Assembly (NCBI GenBank): GCA_027023025.1
Contig: JALVXB010000001.1
Span: forward strand, 3,645-67,644
DNA: 64,000 bases
Reading direction: 5' to 3'
Source: Caldisericaceae bacterium
GTDB taxonomy: Bacteria > Caldisericota > Caldisericia > Caldisericales > Caldisericaceae
Below the pieces are notes generated by a model, which worked only from the letters and a program-made list of their open reading frames with translations, made no database searches and was not told where the DNA came from. Numbering within the stretch: position 1 is the stretch's first letter; each line of letters begins with the position of its first letter. This document shows positions 34,501 to 43,982 of this stretch, piece after piece. A program made the position numbers and the translations under genes.

Positions 34501-35095
34501 CGGAAACTTTCCTGCCGTACGAAAACGAACTGGCTGTTTTTTCTGTAATACTTCCGTCAGGCCAGCTTATTTTTAGCACATTCCCGTAAGCCTTTAATCG
34601 TCCATTTTTGCCAGGGTCGTACCTCAGTTTTACGCTTGAGATATTTTTTGATACTATATTCCACTCAAGTTTTCCGTCTTTGCTGAAAAATGCAAGACTG
34701 TAGTTCCCGCAGTCGTAAAATATCTTTCCAAATGCTGGTGCACGCAGATACTTTGACCTATTGATCATATAACTTATCTGCGTTTTCAAAGGTATACTGC
34801 TTTCCGGTTTCCCGTCCACATAAACTCTGTAAACAAATCTCTTTCCGTTCTTTCGTGTGGAGAACCCAAAGAAGCCTTTTCCAAAGAACGCGATGCCGTC
34901 TTTTAAGTATGCGTAGTATTCAACTGACTTATCTGCCTGTCCTACATTCTTCACGAAGTAAACGGAGTTTGCTTTTGCAAAGGTCTGGCTCGCAAGCGTC
35001 TTCGCAGAAGTGTGAGGCACACTACCCGAAAGGTAAGAAGCACTCAAACCAAGTATCAAAACCAACGACAAAAATATGGTAAATATTTTCTTCAT
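31532..35095 (-). CDS. S-layer-homology anchored surface protein: SBBP beta-propeller repeats - DUF11-like - PKD - SLH domains
   Basis: Signal peptide is MKKIFTIFLSLVLILGLSA. About 8 repeats match the pattern YLGGS..D.......VYVAG.T.S.NFP.T..A.....G..DGFVSKL. The PKD region is PPYDYKISFGDGTDE...YTVSIEVTDSKG. The C-terminal SLH motifs are GYPDGLFRPEKMVTRAEVATML, FKDVSAGKWY and FTDVKPTDWF...FRPNKPVTRAEFVTLL. Confidence 0.85.
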   Translation of the reverse strand: MKKIFTIFLSLVLILGLSASYLSGSVPHTSAKTLASQTFAKANSVYFVKNVGQADKSVEYYAYLKDGIAFFGKGFFGFSTRKNGKRFVYRVYVDGKPESSIPLKTQISYMINRSKYLRAPAFGKIFYDCGNYSLAFFSKDGKLEWNIVSKNISSVKLRYDPGKNGRLKAYGNVLKISWPDGSITEKTASSFSYGRKVSVNYKVLDGNVVTFESAAKSVLIDPATYLGGEGEDVAYTEFVTDKGVYVGGYTNSPHFPTVPGSYDENYGGNQDGFVSLLSSDLSTLIASTFIGGSGEDGVNKITVSNGTVYIAGYTKSTPQSFPVTSNAYQAQNRGGEDVFVAELSSDLSELKYATYLGGSANDRPYAIAVYNNSVYIAGGTYSADFPTTNGAYDRTSEAVSTNQYKLDGFVSKLSEDLSTLEASTFLEGSSYDVIYALGIYDNSVYVAGYTYSSNFPVVNAYQPSNNGAFDAFVSKLNLNLTQLEASTYLGGSSYEFAYDLAFGSDGVYVAGGTFSGNFPVTSNALQKTYGGASSSWSYGGDGFISELSFGLNTLKNSTYLGGSADDSVSAIKVEGNKVFAAGDTKSGNFPINGDTFDKTYNGEGDGFIAVVSNDLSNLELSTYFGGTKQDNSGAIFIKDSYVYVAGNTYSTDFPVTNGAYDTDYNGGATTPNAWGGGDAFVLKLTDLLTEPQPILRISKTGPGNATSGSVAMYKITIKNTGNGTAYNTILTDYLPAGEHFISGTPAPDSVTVNAYGTKVVWNVGSFDPDKTLVFTYKVSVPLVMSGCMSFTNRAVLTADNADKAETSFSTLVCATNPPPKPNPPKPNPINITINPPEKICINSESKFVFTFTGGVPPYDYKISFGDGTDEITGKESGKFITLLHTFAKAGLYTVSIEVTDSKGTTSVLTRSVEAKDCRVVLLVYHQNFIIGYPDGLFRPEKMVTRAEVATMLSRALGFNANVLNHISPFKDVSAGKWYFRFVKTINIEKLMKGRSQYDFYPNAPATRAEVAAILVRIRGLKPEEPQEQLFTDVKPTDWFNGYIYTAVKAGLLQGYKDHTFRPNKPVTRAEFVTLLSRALYREDVPQAENLKNLPKVPFTDVSASYWAYRYIIEAAVPHIVTNALRAPINLILPTKTIPVYLASTKSEIKFPKIGVPEKVIVPVDGLQDGKDPTPRKVIVRIINTGTP

Positions 35096-35123
35096 ATCGC
35101 CTCCTCTATGTAAATTATCTTAT

Positions 35124-35153
35124 ATTATAATACATCTCAAAAAAATAGTCCAA
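35124..35153 (-). promoter_or_regulatory. sigma-70-type promoter TTGGAC-N18-TATAAT
   Basis: TTGGAC is the reverse complement of 35148-35153 and TATAAT of 35124-35129. It lies about 29 nt upstream of ATG 35095, which has RBS GAGGAGG. Confidence 0.6.
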
Positions 35154-35545
35154 CTTGTCCAGATTTAAGAATCCAAAATTAACGGCATTTTCGTAAAAGA
35201 CTTTTTGCTTTTTATGTGTGGCAGGTAGTAAACAAATTTATAAGATCAGGCAAATTAATCCGTATTGTTCTTAAAAATCACTTAAAAATACCTATTTTTT
35301 CATAATACACACGCAGTTTGCTCCCTGCAAGGATTGTCGAAATTCTTGTCAGCAGAATAAATTTAAGGAATAATAGAATCACATGCCCATCACTCAAGAA
35401 AAATGTAATTACTACTCACTCCACTAACATCGTGTCCATAGGTAAATCCAGAACATTAGGAATTACATAGTACTTTATGCACATTTTGAATTCTTGTACG
35501 ATCAGTGTTCAAAAACAAACGCTGCGGAGCAATATTTTAATTAAC

Positions 35546-36628
35546 TTATAACTTTCTTACAAAGCGCCTGTCCAGGCTGCTTACGCCAAGGCCGTTACCC
35601 TTGCTTACGAACAAACGCCCATCTTTTAGATATGCGCCACCCGTAACGGGGCTTCCGTCAAATGTTAAGAATCCGTCGAGGTCTGCAAAGTCAAAGCCGC
35701 CTGCATTAAACACGGAGAATGCAGCAGAGATGAGCAAAGGGCTGGAAAGCATACACCCCAGCATCGCCTTTCGGTTAAATGTGTGCACAAGGTTTACGAG
35801 TTTCAGGGATTCCTCGATGCTGCCCTCTTTGGTCATCTTTACATTTATAAAGTCCGCTGCATCTGCCCGTAAAATCGTAAGCGCATCCTTACTGCTTTTC
35901 ACCGCTTCGTCTGCCATAATGGGAACGGGCGAGCGTTCCTTTACATACCTCAGCACAAGAATGTCGTTTGCACTGACGGGCTGCTCGATAAACGAAATGC
36001 GGTAATTCTTCACGGCGTTTGCAAATTTTACTGCTTCTTCCTTTGAATACCCCTGGTTTGCGTCGAGATATATCTTTACAACACTTGAAAGGGCGCGCAC
36101 TTCCTTTACGCGTTTTTCGTCCTTTTCAAGGTCCAGCCCAACCTTCATTTTCAGTGCTTTGAAGCCTGCATTTATAAGTTTCTCTGCGCTTTCAATCGTG
36201 TGCTTTTCGCTGCCTATGCTAATCGTCGCAGAGGTAAAAATCGGTTTTCCTTTTGCGCCAAGCAGGTCAGCAAGCGGAAGGTTTGCGTGCTTTCCCAGTA
36301 CATCCCAGAGCGCCATACTTACGGCAAGTTTTGCAGAGTGCGGAGCAGAAATTTGCTCCATCTTTTTCAGAATTTCTAACCGCAAAAACGGGTTTTTCCC
36401 GAGCAGGAACTCTCTAAACTCCAGCAAAAAAGTAGAAACGCCTTCAATTGTTTCCCCAAGCACATACGGAACGGGCACCGCTTCTCCGTAGCCCGTAATT
36501 CCGCTTTTCGTTTTTACTTCTATTATTAAACCCCTGTATGCGTCCCTTTTGCCCGTTGCAATTGCAAATGTTTCCTTCAGGGGCACTTCTGCATAATACA
36601 CATTAACTGCGTCTATTCTATCTTGCAT
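35546..36628 (-). CDS. L-Ala-D/L-Glu (dipeptide) epimerase, enolase superfamily (YkfB/YcjG-like)
   Basis: MR/MLE-type TIM barrel layout: ...LKMKVG..., YLDANQGY, FIEQP, IMADE and ADFINVKMTK. I chose ATG 36628 (RBS AAGGAAGGG) rather than the track's TTG 36637. Confidence 0.75.
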   Translation of the reverse strand: MQDRIDAVNVYYAEVPLKETFAIATGKRDAYRGLIIEVKTKSGITGYGEAVPVPYVLGETIEGVSTFLLEFREFLLGKNPFLRLEILKKMEQISAPHSAKLAVSMALWDVLGKHANLPLADLLGAKGKPIFTSATISIGSEKHTIESAEKLINAGFKALKMKVGLDLEKDEKRVKEVRALSSVVKIYLDANQGYSKEEAVKFANAVKNYRISFIEQPVSANDILVLRYVKERSPVPIMADEAVKSSKDALTILRADAADFINVKMTKEGSIEESLKLVNLVHTFNRKAMLGCMLSSPLLISAAFSVFNAGGFDFADLDGFLTFDGSPVTGGAYLKDGRLFVSKGNGLGVSSLDRRFVRKL

Positions 36629-37736
36629 CGTACACAACCCTTCCTTTTACGATCGTTAACTTCACATTAAAGCCTTCGTCTAAAAGCACGAAGTCCGCAT
36701 ACGCACCGCTTTTTATTACTCCCATACGAGTTTCGCCAACGCTCAGTGCGGGAATTTCCGTTGCAGAGCGGATTGCTTCTTCTCTGGAAAACCCGCCGTA
36801 GCGGATCAGGTTGCGCACGCCCCTGTCCATCGTAAGCACGGACCCTGCAAGCGTCCCGTCCTTTAAGCGGGCAGAAATTCCGTCGCTGTAAATTTCAAAG
36901 TCGCCTAACATATAGTGCCCCTCTGGCATACCGCCTGCTTCAGTGCAGTCCGTAATAAGCGCGAGGCGTTCCTTTGCAAGGTGCACCATCTTAATCACTT
37001 CCTTTGAGGTGTGCACGCCGTCCCCTATAAACTGCAAAAAGAAAGGAAGTGCAAACGCTGCGCCGATGAGCCCCGTGTTTCTGTGGTGGAAGTGCGGCAT
37101 TGCGTTGAATAGGTGCGTGACGGATGAAGCACCGCTGTAAAACGCTTTTTGCGCAGTTTCAAAGTCCGTTTTCGTGTGTCCAAGGGAAACGAACACACTT
37201 CGCTCTGAAAGGTACCTTATCACTTCCATTGCACCTGGAAGCTCGGGGGCAACGGTAAACATCCGTATGTTTCCAGAAGAAGTTAATTCTTCTGCCTTCG
37301 AGAGCGAGGGGGCGATAAAGTACTCTGGATTCATCGCCCCGCATACCTCTTTGTTTACAAAGCCGCCCTCTATGTGAAAGCCGAAAGGAGTTGCCCCTTT
37401 TGCCTGATTAAGCAGGTGAGTCAAAGAAGAAACTACACGCTTGAGTTCGTCAAAAGGCATTGAAACAAATGTCGGAAGGAAGTTTGCAGTGCCCGTTTTT
37501 ACAAGGTGCTCAGATATTTTAAAAAGTGCTTCTTTCGTCCCTTCTGAAATGTCTGAGCCTGCAAACCCGTGTATGTGCACATCAACGAACCCCGGTGCAA
37601 CGAAATAGTTTTTTGCGTTGAGCGCATCGCTGCAAAATCCGTTTTTCACTTCTTTTATAACGCCTTTTTCTGTTTCAATGCAAAATTTGCCTTCTGAAAA
37701 TGCCGGTGCAAAAATTTGCTCTGCGTTTATCCTCAT
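36618..37736 (-). CDS. nagA: N-acetylglucosamine-6-phosphate deacetylase
   Basis: Motifs are GFVDVHIHGFAG, SLGHT and THLFNAM. Confidence 0.9.
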   Translation of the reverse strand: MRINAEQIFAPAFSEGKFCIETEKGVIKEVKNGFCSDALNAKNYFVAPGFVDVHIHGFAGSDISEGTKEALFKISEHLVKTGTANFLPTFVSMPFDELKRVVSSLTHLLNQAKGATPFGFHIEGGFVNKEVCGAMNPEYFIAPSLSKAEELTSSGNIRMFTVAPELPGAMEVIRYLSERSVFVSLGHTKTDFETAQKAFYSGASSVTHLFNAMPHFHHRNTGLIGAAFALPFFLQFIGDGVHTSKEVIKMVHLAKERLALITDCTEAGGMPEGHYMLGDFEIYSDGISARLKDGTLAGSVLTMDRGVRNLIRYGGFSREEAIRSATEIPALSVGETRMGVIKSGAYADFVLLDEGFNVKLTIVKGRVVYDAR

Positions 37737-37737
37737 A

Positions 37738-38766
37738 TCATACTCCCCTCGTTATTTTGTGTAAAAACTGCGGTTTGTCCGGATTTTTCTTTTTCGTTAC
37801 GGCAATGCCGTATGCAAGAAGCTGCGCAAACACGATGTTTACGAGCGGATAGTAAAGCGTATCCTGATGCGGAATTTCAAAAGACACATCGCCCATTTCG
37901 AGTGCACTCTTTTCGTCTGAAACGACGAGTACATCGCCGCCTTTCTCCTTTATCTTTTTAAGCACTTCCACATTGGAGCGGAATGTTTCGTCACCGGGGA
38001 TAAAAAACACGACGGGTATAAGCGGGGTGAGGCTTGCAAGCGGCCCGTGCAGAAAGTCGATTGCAGAAAAACTCACCGCATTGATCTGAGAGGTTTCCCG
38101 CATCTTCAGCGCCGTTTCGTCGGAAGTTGCGTAGTTAAAGCCTCTGCCTATCGATATAAAGTCGTTTGCAAACCTGTATCGCTCTGCAATTTCGTAGATC
38201 GCTTTTTCGCGTTTCAAGACGCTTTCCACGCCGCGGATTAGTTTGCCAAAGTCCGCCTTTACGCCGAAGAGCACTGCTAGTTCCGAAAGCACCATAAGCG
38301 TTGCGCTGTAAGTTTTCGTTGCAGCAATGCTCCGCTCTTCCCCTGCGTTAAGCAGAAGGGCAAGTTTGCTTCCCCTGTGGAGCGTGCTTCCCTCTGTGTT
38401 CGTTATCCCGAGCGTTAGCGCGCCTTCCTTGTTTGCAATGCGCACCACTTTGCAGACATCTTCCGTTTCCCCTGACTGCGATATCCCTATAACGAGCGTG
38501 TTTTTCAGGTTTGGATAGCGCCCGTACCAGGTGTACAAAGAAAATGCGGCAAGAGAAACGGGCAAACCCGCTGCGTATTCGATCGCGTACCTTCCAAATG
38601 TCGCGGCGTTGTCCGATGTGCCTCTTGAAACGGCCATAACGGAGAGAGGGCTGAACTGTGCAATCTGCTCAAACACTTTTTCCGTGCGTTTCCCGTTTCT
38701 GTGTATGCGCTCCAACACCTCTGGAGTTTCAAATATTTCTTTGTGCATAAAGTATTCACTTTGCAT
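37738..38766 (-). CDS. SIS-domain sugar-phosphate deaminase/isomerase (GlmS isomerase-domain-like, NagB-II/AgaS type)
   Basis: Two SIS modules are present (VSRGTSDNAA, GISQSGETEDV). The N-terminus MHKEIFETPEVL is typical of GlmS-like isomerase-only proteins. Confidence 0.75.
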   Translation of the reverse strand: MQSEYFMHKEIFETPEVLERIHRNGKRTEKVFEQIAQFSPLSVMAVSRGTSDNAATFGRYAIEYAAGLPVSLAAFSLYTWYGRYPNLKNTLVIGISQSGETEDVCKVVRIANKEGALTLGITNTEGSTLHRGSKLALLLNAGEERSIAATKTYSATLMVLSELAVLFGVKADFGKLIRGVESVLKREKAIYEIAERYRFANDFISIGRGFNYATSDETALKMRETSQINAVSFSAIDFLHGPLASLTPLIPVVFFIPGDETFRSNVEVLKKIKEKGGDVLVVSDEKSALEMGDVSFEIPHQDTLYYPLVNIVFAQLLAYGIAVTKKKNPDKPQFLHKITRGV

Positions 38767-39877
38767 AGGTGATAACCCCCAGGACAGTTTCTTTCGATGC
38801 GCCTGTTGCTTTTTTCACATTGGAGGGCAGTTTGTAAAGCGTCCTCAGTGCGTAAAGCGCAAATGCAGCGGACTCCTTTGCTTCGGCAGGAATGTTAAAT
38901 TTATCGGAGAGGTACACGGGAACTTCGATATACTCCTTTATGTTGTCTACGAGCGTTTTGTTAAATACGCCACCACCTGAAAGCACGGCGTAGTCCAATT
39001 TCCCGACGAAGCGTTTGTATGCATCAAATATAGTAAAAGCAACGAACTTATTCAGCGTTGCAATAATGTCTTTTTTGCGTGCGTTTTCAAAGCCTTTAAG
39101 CGTCTCTTTCAAAAACGCATCTCCAAACTCTGCGCGGCCTGCGCTCTTTGGCGGCCGTTTTTTCAAATACGGCGTTTTTGCAAGTTTGTTAAACAACTCG
39201 TCTATCACCTTCCCGGAGTGCGCAATCGCGCCGTTCCTGTCGTAACTTTTCCCGTACAAAAGCCTCGTTGCGCCGTCTAAAACCATATTGCACGGGCCCG
39301 TGTCGAACGCAAACACGCTGCCAATGTCCGTTCCGCTGAGCACTGTGACATTCCCTATGCCTCCTAAGTTCTGCACTGCGATGCGCTTATTCTTGCGCGC
39401 AAACACAAGAAAGTCGAACATCGGGATGAGCGGCGCACCCTGCCCTGAAAAAGCAATGTCCTTTGCACGGAAGTTGGATACCACGGTAACGCCCGTTTCT
39501 GCTGCAACGAACGCAGGCTCCCCTATCTGGAGTGTGTGGCTTAAAGAAAACTGCCCAAAACGCTTTTTATCCGCAGTGTGGAAAACCGTCTGCCCGTGCA
39601 TTCCGATTACTTTTACATCACTCGGACTTATGGAAAATTCTTTCAAAAACTTTTTTGCAGTTTCTGCGTAGAGTTTCCCGATAAAGAAGTTGAGGAACGA
39701 AACTTCCCGCACCCCACCGCTTGCAATCGTGTCTAAAATAAGTTTCTGCACGCGCTTTGTGTAGGGGTAGGTTTTGTATGCGAGTACTTTCAAGTTTTTC
39801 CCGCTCACGCCCGTTTCAACGAGTGCTGCCGTTATTCCGTCAAGCGAAGTGCCGCTCATCATCCCGATTGCTTTCAT
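38756..39877 (-). CDS. anmK: anhydro-N-acetylmuramic acid kinase
   Basis: The N-terminus is GMMSGTSLDGI. Length is 373 aa. NLGGIGNVT is also present. Confidence 0.9.
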   Translation of the reverse strand: MKAIGMMSGTSLDGITAALVETGVSGKNLKVLAYKTYPYTKRVQKLILDTIASGGVREVSFLNFFIGKLYAETAKKFLKEFSISPSDVKVIGMHGQTVFHTADKKRFGQFSLSHTLQIGEPAFVAAETGVTVVSNFRAKDIAFSGQGAPLIPMFDFLVFARKNKRIAVQNLGGIGNVTVLSGTDIGSVFAFDTGPCNMVLDGATRLLYGKSYDRNGAIAHSGKVIDELFNKLAKTPYLKKRPPKSAGRAEFGDAFLKETLKGFENARKKDIIATLNKFVAFTIFDAYKRFVGKLDYAVLSGGGVFNKTLVDNIKEYIEVPVYLSDKFNIPAEAKESAAFALYALRTLYKLPSNVKKATGASKETVLGVITYAK

Positions 39878-40929
39878 AGAAACTCCCCGTAAATTGCGTT
39901 GCTCAGGGTGCGGCGCAAACGGATGTGTTTTTTGTTGTCCCGTCCGTAGTACACTCTGTTGGTAAGTATTACGATTGCGGCATCCGCGTCAAAGTCTATA
40001 AAAATTGATGTCCCGGTAAATCCGGAATGCCCTATGGAATTTTGCGAGGCAAAGTCTGGCGCCCCGCTAAAGTCCAAACCAGAAATCCACCCCACCGTCC
40101 TTCCTGGCGAGAGGTTTCCCGTGCGCGCAGAACGCATAAGCGAAATTGAGTGCCTTGAAAGTATGCGCCTTCCCGAAAGCGTGCCTTCGCTCAGCAACAT
40201 TTTCGCAAAGAGCGATGCATCTTTCAGCGAAGAAAATAGCCCTGCATTCGTGCTTACACCGCCGAGCGCGCGCGCGTTTTCGTCGTGCACGAGGCCCTTT
40301 ATGTTTTCCGTCGCAGCAATGCTTTTTGCAGAACCTTTTAACGGGTTAAACATCGTCTCTCTCATCCCCGCTTCTGCGAAAAACTCTGATGCGATTTGCT
40401 CTAATTTTTTTCCAGAAACTTTTTCCATCACTGCGCCGAGCAAAATGTAGTTCATACAGCTGTATTCCACCTTTTCAAACGGTTTCCGCACGATGCCAAA
40501 TTCCCGTATTTTCCGGACCGCTTCACTCAGCGTAATGCGGGGCACCTTATCGAGGTGCTGCGGCACGCCGACGGGCGGGTTTTTGTAAAGAGGAAGCCAT
40601 GCCGTTATGCCTGATGTGTGCGTAAGGAGCACTTCGAGCGTAATTTCAGGAGGGAAGTTTTCAAGGTATAGGTTCAGCGGGTCTCTTATGGAGAGCAGTC
40701 CTCTTTCTGCAAAGCGCAGAACGATTGGTGTAGTGAACACCACTTTCGTAAGGGAGGCAAGGTCGAAAAGCGTATGTGTGGTAATATTTTTTCCGCCCTC
40801 TTCCTCTTTTCCTTCGGCAATCTCAAATACCGTGCCGTCTTTTTTAACGAGCGAAACGGCAACTGCAGTTGCAACTTTTTCTTTTATCGCACTCTGGACG
40901 AGCGCTTTTATTCCTTTTATTCTGTCCAT
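39874..40929 (-). CDS. beta-lactamase-fold serine hydrolase, likely MurNAc-L-Ala amidase (AmiE/YbbE-like)
   Basis: Motifs are SxxK (ASLTKV), YxN (YSCMNY) and HSGFTG. There is no signal peptide. It sits next to nagZ, as amiE does in the B. subtilis murQ-amiE-nagZ-ybbC locus. Confidence 0.6.
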   Translation of the reverse strand: MDRIKGIKALVQSAIKEKVATAVAVSLVKKDGTVFEIAEGKEEEGGKNITTHTLFDLASLTKVVFTTPIVLRFAERGLLSIRDPLNLYLENFPPEITLEVLLTHTSGITAWLPLYKNPPVGVPQHLDKVPRITLSEAVRKIREFGIVRKPFEKVEYSCMNYILLGAVMEKVSGKKLEQIASEFFAEAGMRETMFNPLKGSAKSIAATENIKGLVHDENARALGGVSTNAGLFSSLKDASLFAKMLLSEGTLSGRRILSRHSISLMRSARTGNLSPGRTVGWISGLDFSGAPDFASQNSIGHSGFTGTSIFIDFDADAAIVILTNRVYYGRDNKKHIRLRRTLSNAIYGEFL

Positions 40930-42329
40930 AAAATCTCCTCTGAAACGGGCAAACGCCCTTTTGCCTCTGCTTTTCCCTGAATAACGCGCAGCGCAAAACG
41001 GATAACTTCCTTTAACGGGGAGAGCGTAAGGACGATGCAGTCAGCAAAGCCAAACAAAGGAATGTCCGCAGGGTCGCCTGCAACTATCACGCAGACGCGT
41101 TTGCCGTTTTCCTTCATCTGTTTTGCAAGGGCAACCTGCCCCCTGTGCCTGAACGCGTTGTAAGAAACAAACACGGCACTTTTTTGAGGGAATGCGGCGA
41201 GGCGCTGAATATCCGTACCTTTTACATCAAGCGGGTAGTCGCCCTGCTGAGCTTCCGTTTCCTCAACCTGCACTTCCTGCACGATTTGCGGGAAGAGGAA
41301 GCGAAACTCCCTTTCTTTTAGCGGGATAAAACCGCTGTTTTTAAAAACTGAAACGAACTTTTCCGTAACTTCCTTTTCGGCACTTTCTGCTTTGCGTATT
41401 TTTTCTTTTGCTTTTTCTATGCGGGCAATTTTATCAGAAAGGTCCACGCCGCTTTTGTTAAGGCTGCTCTTTTCCACAGACTGAAGCATCGCCTTTTGAA
41501 TCTCAAGTGTGTGCGAAACGATGAGCAGGTCGTTCCCAGCGCTCAAAGCCTTTAATGCAATTTCCTCTTTCGGGAAAATCATCGCACCGCCCATTTCCAG
41601 GCAGTCCGTAATAATTGGCCCGTTGAAAGAAACGGCTCCCCTTAAAAACTGCAGGGCGTCTTTTGAAAAAGTGACGGGCAGTTTTTCGTCCAGAAACGGC
41701 ACTATAATGTGGGCGCTCATTACGAAGTCCGCACTTTTTGCAGTGTGCTTAAAAGGCAAAACTGCTTTCTCGAGCGCACCCTTAGAACCTTCAAAAACTG
41801 GCAGCCCTTTATGAGGGTCTTTTGCCGCTGCGCCGTATCCTATAAAGTGTTTCACTGCGGACAATACGCCCGCTTCGTGCAAACCGGAAATTGCTGCATC
41901 GCTGAAGCGCGCAACCGAAAGCGGGTCGCTTCCAAAACTCCTTATTCCGATTGAATTGCCTTTTTTGAGGTATACATCTACAACAGGCGCAAGGTTCAGG
42001 TTTACGCCGTTTTCCCTTAGCACATCTCCGATTTTTCTGTATAGATCCTTTATGTAATTTTCATCTCCGCTCATTGCGGCGTTCATATTCCCAAAGAAAA
42101 ACGCATCCGTCTGCGGAAACCTGCGGACGATCCCCCCTTCCTGGTCCACTGCAATAAGGGGATCCTCAAACTCGTTTTTCAGGATTTCGACATTTTCCTT
42201 TATGCGTGCAATGTTTTTCCTGAACAGGATAAAACTGTTTACTCCAGAAGACTTGAAAAATTCCAGGCGCTCTTTTGAAATAACTTCTTCAGTAAAGCCG
42301 AACATAAAAACTTTTCCCGCTTCACTCAT
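40917..42329 (-). CDS. nagZ: beta-N-acetylhexosaminidase, GH3
   Basis: Motifs are VDQEGGIVRRF and KHFIGYG. No signal peptide. Confidence 0.85.
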   Translation of the reverse strand: MSEAGKVFMFGFTEEVISKERLEFFKSSGVNSFILFRKNIARIKENVEILKNEFEDPLIAVDQEGGIVRRFPQTDAFFFGNMNAAMSGDENYIKDLYRKIGDVLRENGVNLNLAPVVDVYLKKGNSIGIRSFGSDPLSVARFSDAAISGLHEAGVLSAVKHFIGYGAAAKDPHKGLPVFEGSKGALEKAVLPFKHTAKSADFVMSAHIIVPFLDEKLPVTFSKDALQFLRGAVSFNGPIITDCLEMGGAMIFPKEEIALKALSAGNDLLIVSHTLEIQKAMLQSVEKSSLNKSGVDLSDKIARIEKAKEKIRKAESAEKEVTEKFVSVFKNSGFIPLKEREFRFLFPQIVQEVQVEETEAQQGDYPLDVKGTDIQRLAAFPQKSAVFVSYNAFRHRGQVALAKQMKENGKRVCVIVAGDPADIPLFGFADCIVLTLSPLKEVIRFALRVIQGKAEAKGRLPVSEEILWTE

Positions 42330-43053
42330 ACAGTTCCCTCGTTTTTTCTACTTCGTTTTTAAAAAAAACAGTAAAGTCGCTTATGTTTCTTGGCACCGCT
42401 TCGTTAATGAGCGGCACGCTAAACTCTTTCAAAAAAGCAGAAATTTCTGAAAGGGGTAAAACGCCTTCGTGAAGCGGAAGGTGCAGGTCCTTTCCGTCCG
42501 TCGTGTCGCTGATGTGGATTTTTGCAATTTTTTCTTTGAAGCGGTCCTTTAGGGAGAAAAGATTTTTAAGATTTCCCTCGTTTGCAAATATGTGTGCAAT
42601 GTCCAGACACACGAAAAGGTCGTCAAAGCGCATTACGAAGTCAAAAAATGCGTTTATGTCGGGAAAGTAAGAAGAGGGCGTGACATTTTCGAGAAGAATC
42701 GTCCCTTTACTGGACAAACGATGCAAGAGTTTTTCCATTCTGCCAAAAGAAACACTTTTCCAATCGTCAAATCCCGTAATGCTCCGTCCCTCGTGCACCA
42801 CGATAGAAAGGTGAAACTTAAAGAGTTTTTCCACTTCGCTCTCTGTAAAGGAAAGTGCAGAATCGTTTAGCGCCGCAATGTTTGTGTAGTGGTGAGACGC
42901 GTGGAGCGATTTTTCAAAATTGCCTTCTATGGGGCCTTTTTCGTTAAACTCCATAACGAATTCCACCTCGTCAGGTGCAATGTCCCGCACGATACTTACA
43001 CTTTTGTGGTGTAGCAGAATGCCGATCGTGGAAATTCCTACCCTTTTGTTCAT
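42322..43053 (-). CDS. xylose-isomerase-like TIM-barrel protein (sugar phosphate isomerase/epimerase family)
   Basis: Family hallmarks are ILLEN, CLDIAHIF and IHISD...HLPLHEG. Confidence 0.55.
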   Translation of the reverse strand: MNKRVGISTIGILLHHKSVSIVRDIAPDEVEFVMEFNEKGPIEGNFEKSLHASHHYTNIAALNDSALSFTESEVEKLFKFHLSIVVHEGRSITGFDDWKSVSFGRMEKLLHRLSSKGTILLENVTPSSYFPDINAFFDFVMRFDDLFVCLDIAHIFANEGNLKNLFSLKDRFKEKIAKIHISDTTDGKDLHLPLHEGVLPLSEISAFLKEFSVPLINEAVPRNISDFTVFFKNEVEKTRELYE

Positions 43054-43065
43054 CTATCACGCATC

Positions 43066-43974
43066 TCACATAAACATTTTCGGGTCCATTGCGTCGCGCA
43101 GGCCGTCTCCGAGAAAGTTAAAGAGAAGCGTAACGAGTAGAATGGAGAGCCCCGGCCACCACACGAGCCACTGAGAAGTCCAAATGTAGGTTTGAGCGCC
43201 GAGCAGCATATTGCCCCAGCTTGGCGTGGGCGGCTGAACACCCAGCCCGAAGAAGGAAAGCGTTGCCTCTGCGATGATCACCCTTCCTATCCTCAAAGTT
43301 GCCCACACGATACTTACCGCCATCGTGTTTGGCAGGAGGTGTTTCCACACGACCGTCCTATCTCGCATTCCGATTGCCTTCGTCGCCTCGACATACTCCT
43401 CTTCCCTTATGGAGAGCGTTTCTCCACGAATCAGCCTTGCAATGCCCACCCATCCAAAGGCAGACATAATTACGATAAGTTTTACGACGCTGTTTGGTAT
43501 AAAACGCATCTTTGCTGCAACGATAAGCAGCGGAAGTTCGGGAATCGTCATCATCATTTCGTCTACGCGCATCAGGAAGTTATCCCAGAAGCCGCGTTTG
43601 TAGCCTGCCCAGATACCCATCAAGATTCCGAGCAAACCGCTGAAGAATGTCACTGCAAACCCAACGAGCAGAGAAATACGCCCGCCGTAAAGAAGCCGTG
43701 CAAATTCGTCTCTGCCGTTGTCGTCTGTGCCCATTAAGTGGTGGATGGAAGGCGGCTGAAGCGCCTGCGCAAGGTCCACCTTGTCCGGGTCAATGTGCAT
43801 AAACATCGGAACGAACACCACGATAAGGATAATTGCAATAAGTATAAATAAACTTACCATTGCGAGTTTGTGCCTGCGAAGTCTTCTAAAAACTTTTCCC
43901 CAGTAAGAAAACGATTCCTGGTTCTCTAAAGCTGCATCTTTATCTTTTTTTGAAATAGTCGTATCTTTTACCAT
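43066..43974 (-). CDS. ABC peptide-type transporter permease (OppC/DppC-like)
   Basis: Six TM helices with an EAA-like loop (YVEATKAIGMRDRTVVWKHLLPN). I chose ATG 43974 (GAGG 6 nt upstream) rather than the track's GTG 43986. Confidence 0.85.
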   Translation of the reverse strand: MVKDTTISKKDKDAALENQESFSYWGKVFRRLRRHKLAMVSLFILIAIILIVVFVPMFMHIDPDKVDLAQALQPPSIHHLMGTDDNGRDEFARLLYGGRISLLVGFAVTFFSGLLGILMGIWAGYKRGFWDNFLMRVDEMMMTIPELPLLIVAAKMRFIPNSVVKLIVIMSAFGWVGIARLIRGETLSIREEEYVEATKAIGMRDRTVVWKHLLPNTMAVSIVWATLRIGRVIIAEATLSFFGLGVQPPTPSWGNMLLGAQTYIWTSQWLVWWPGLSILLVTLLFNFLGDGLRDAMDPKMFM

Positions 43975-43982
43975 ATTTAACC

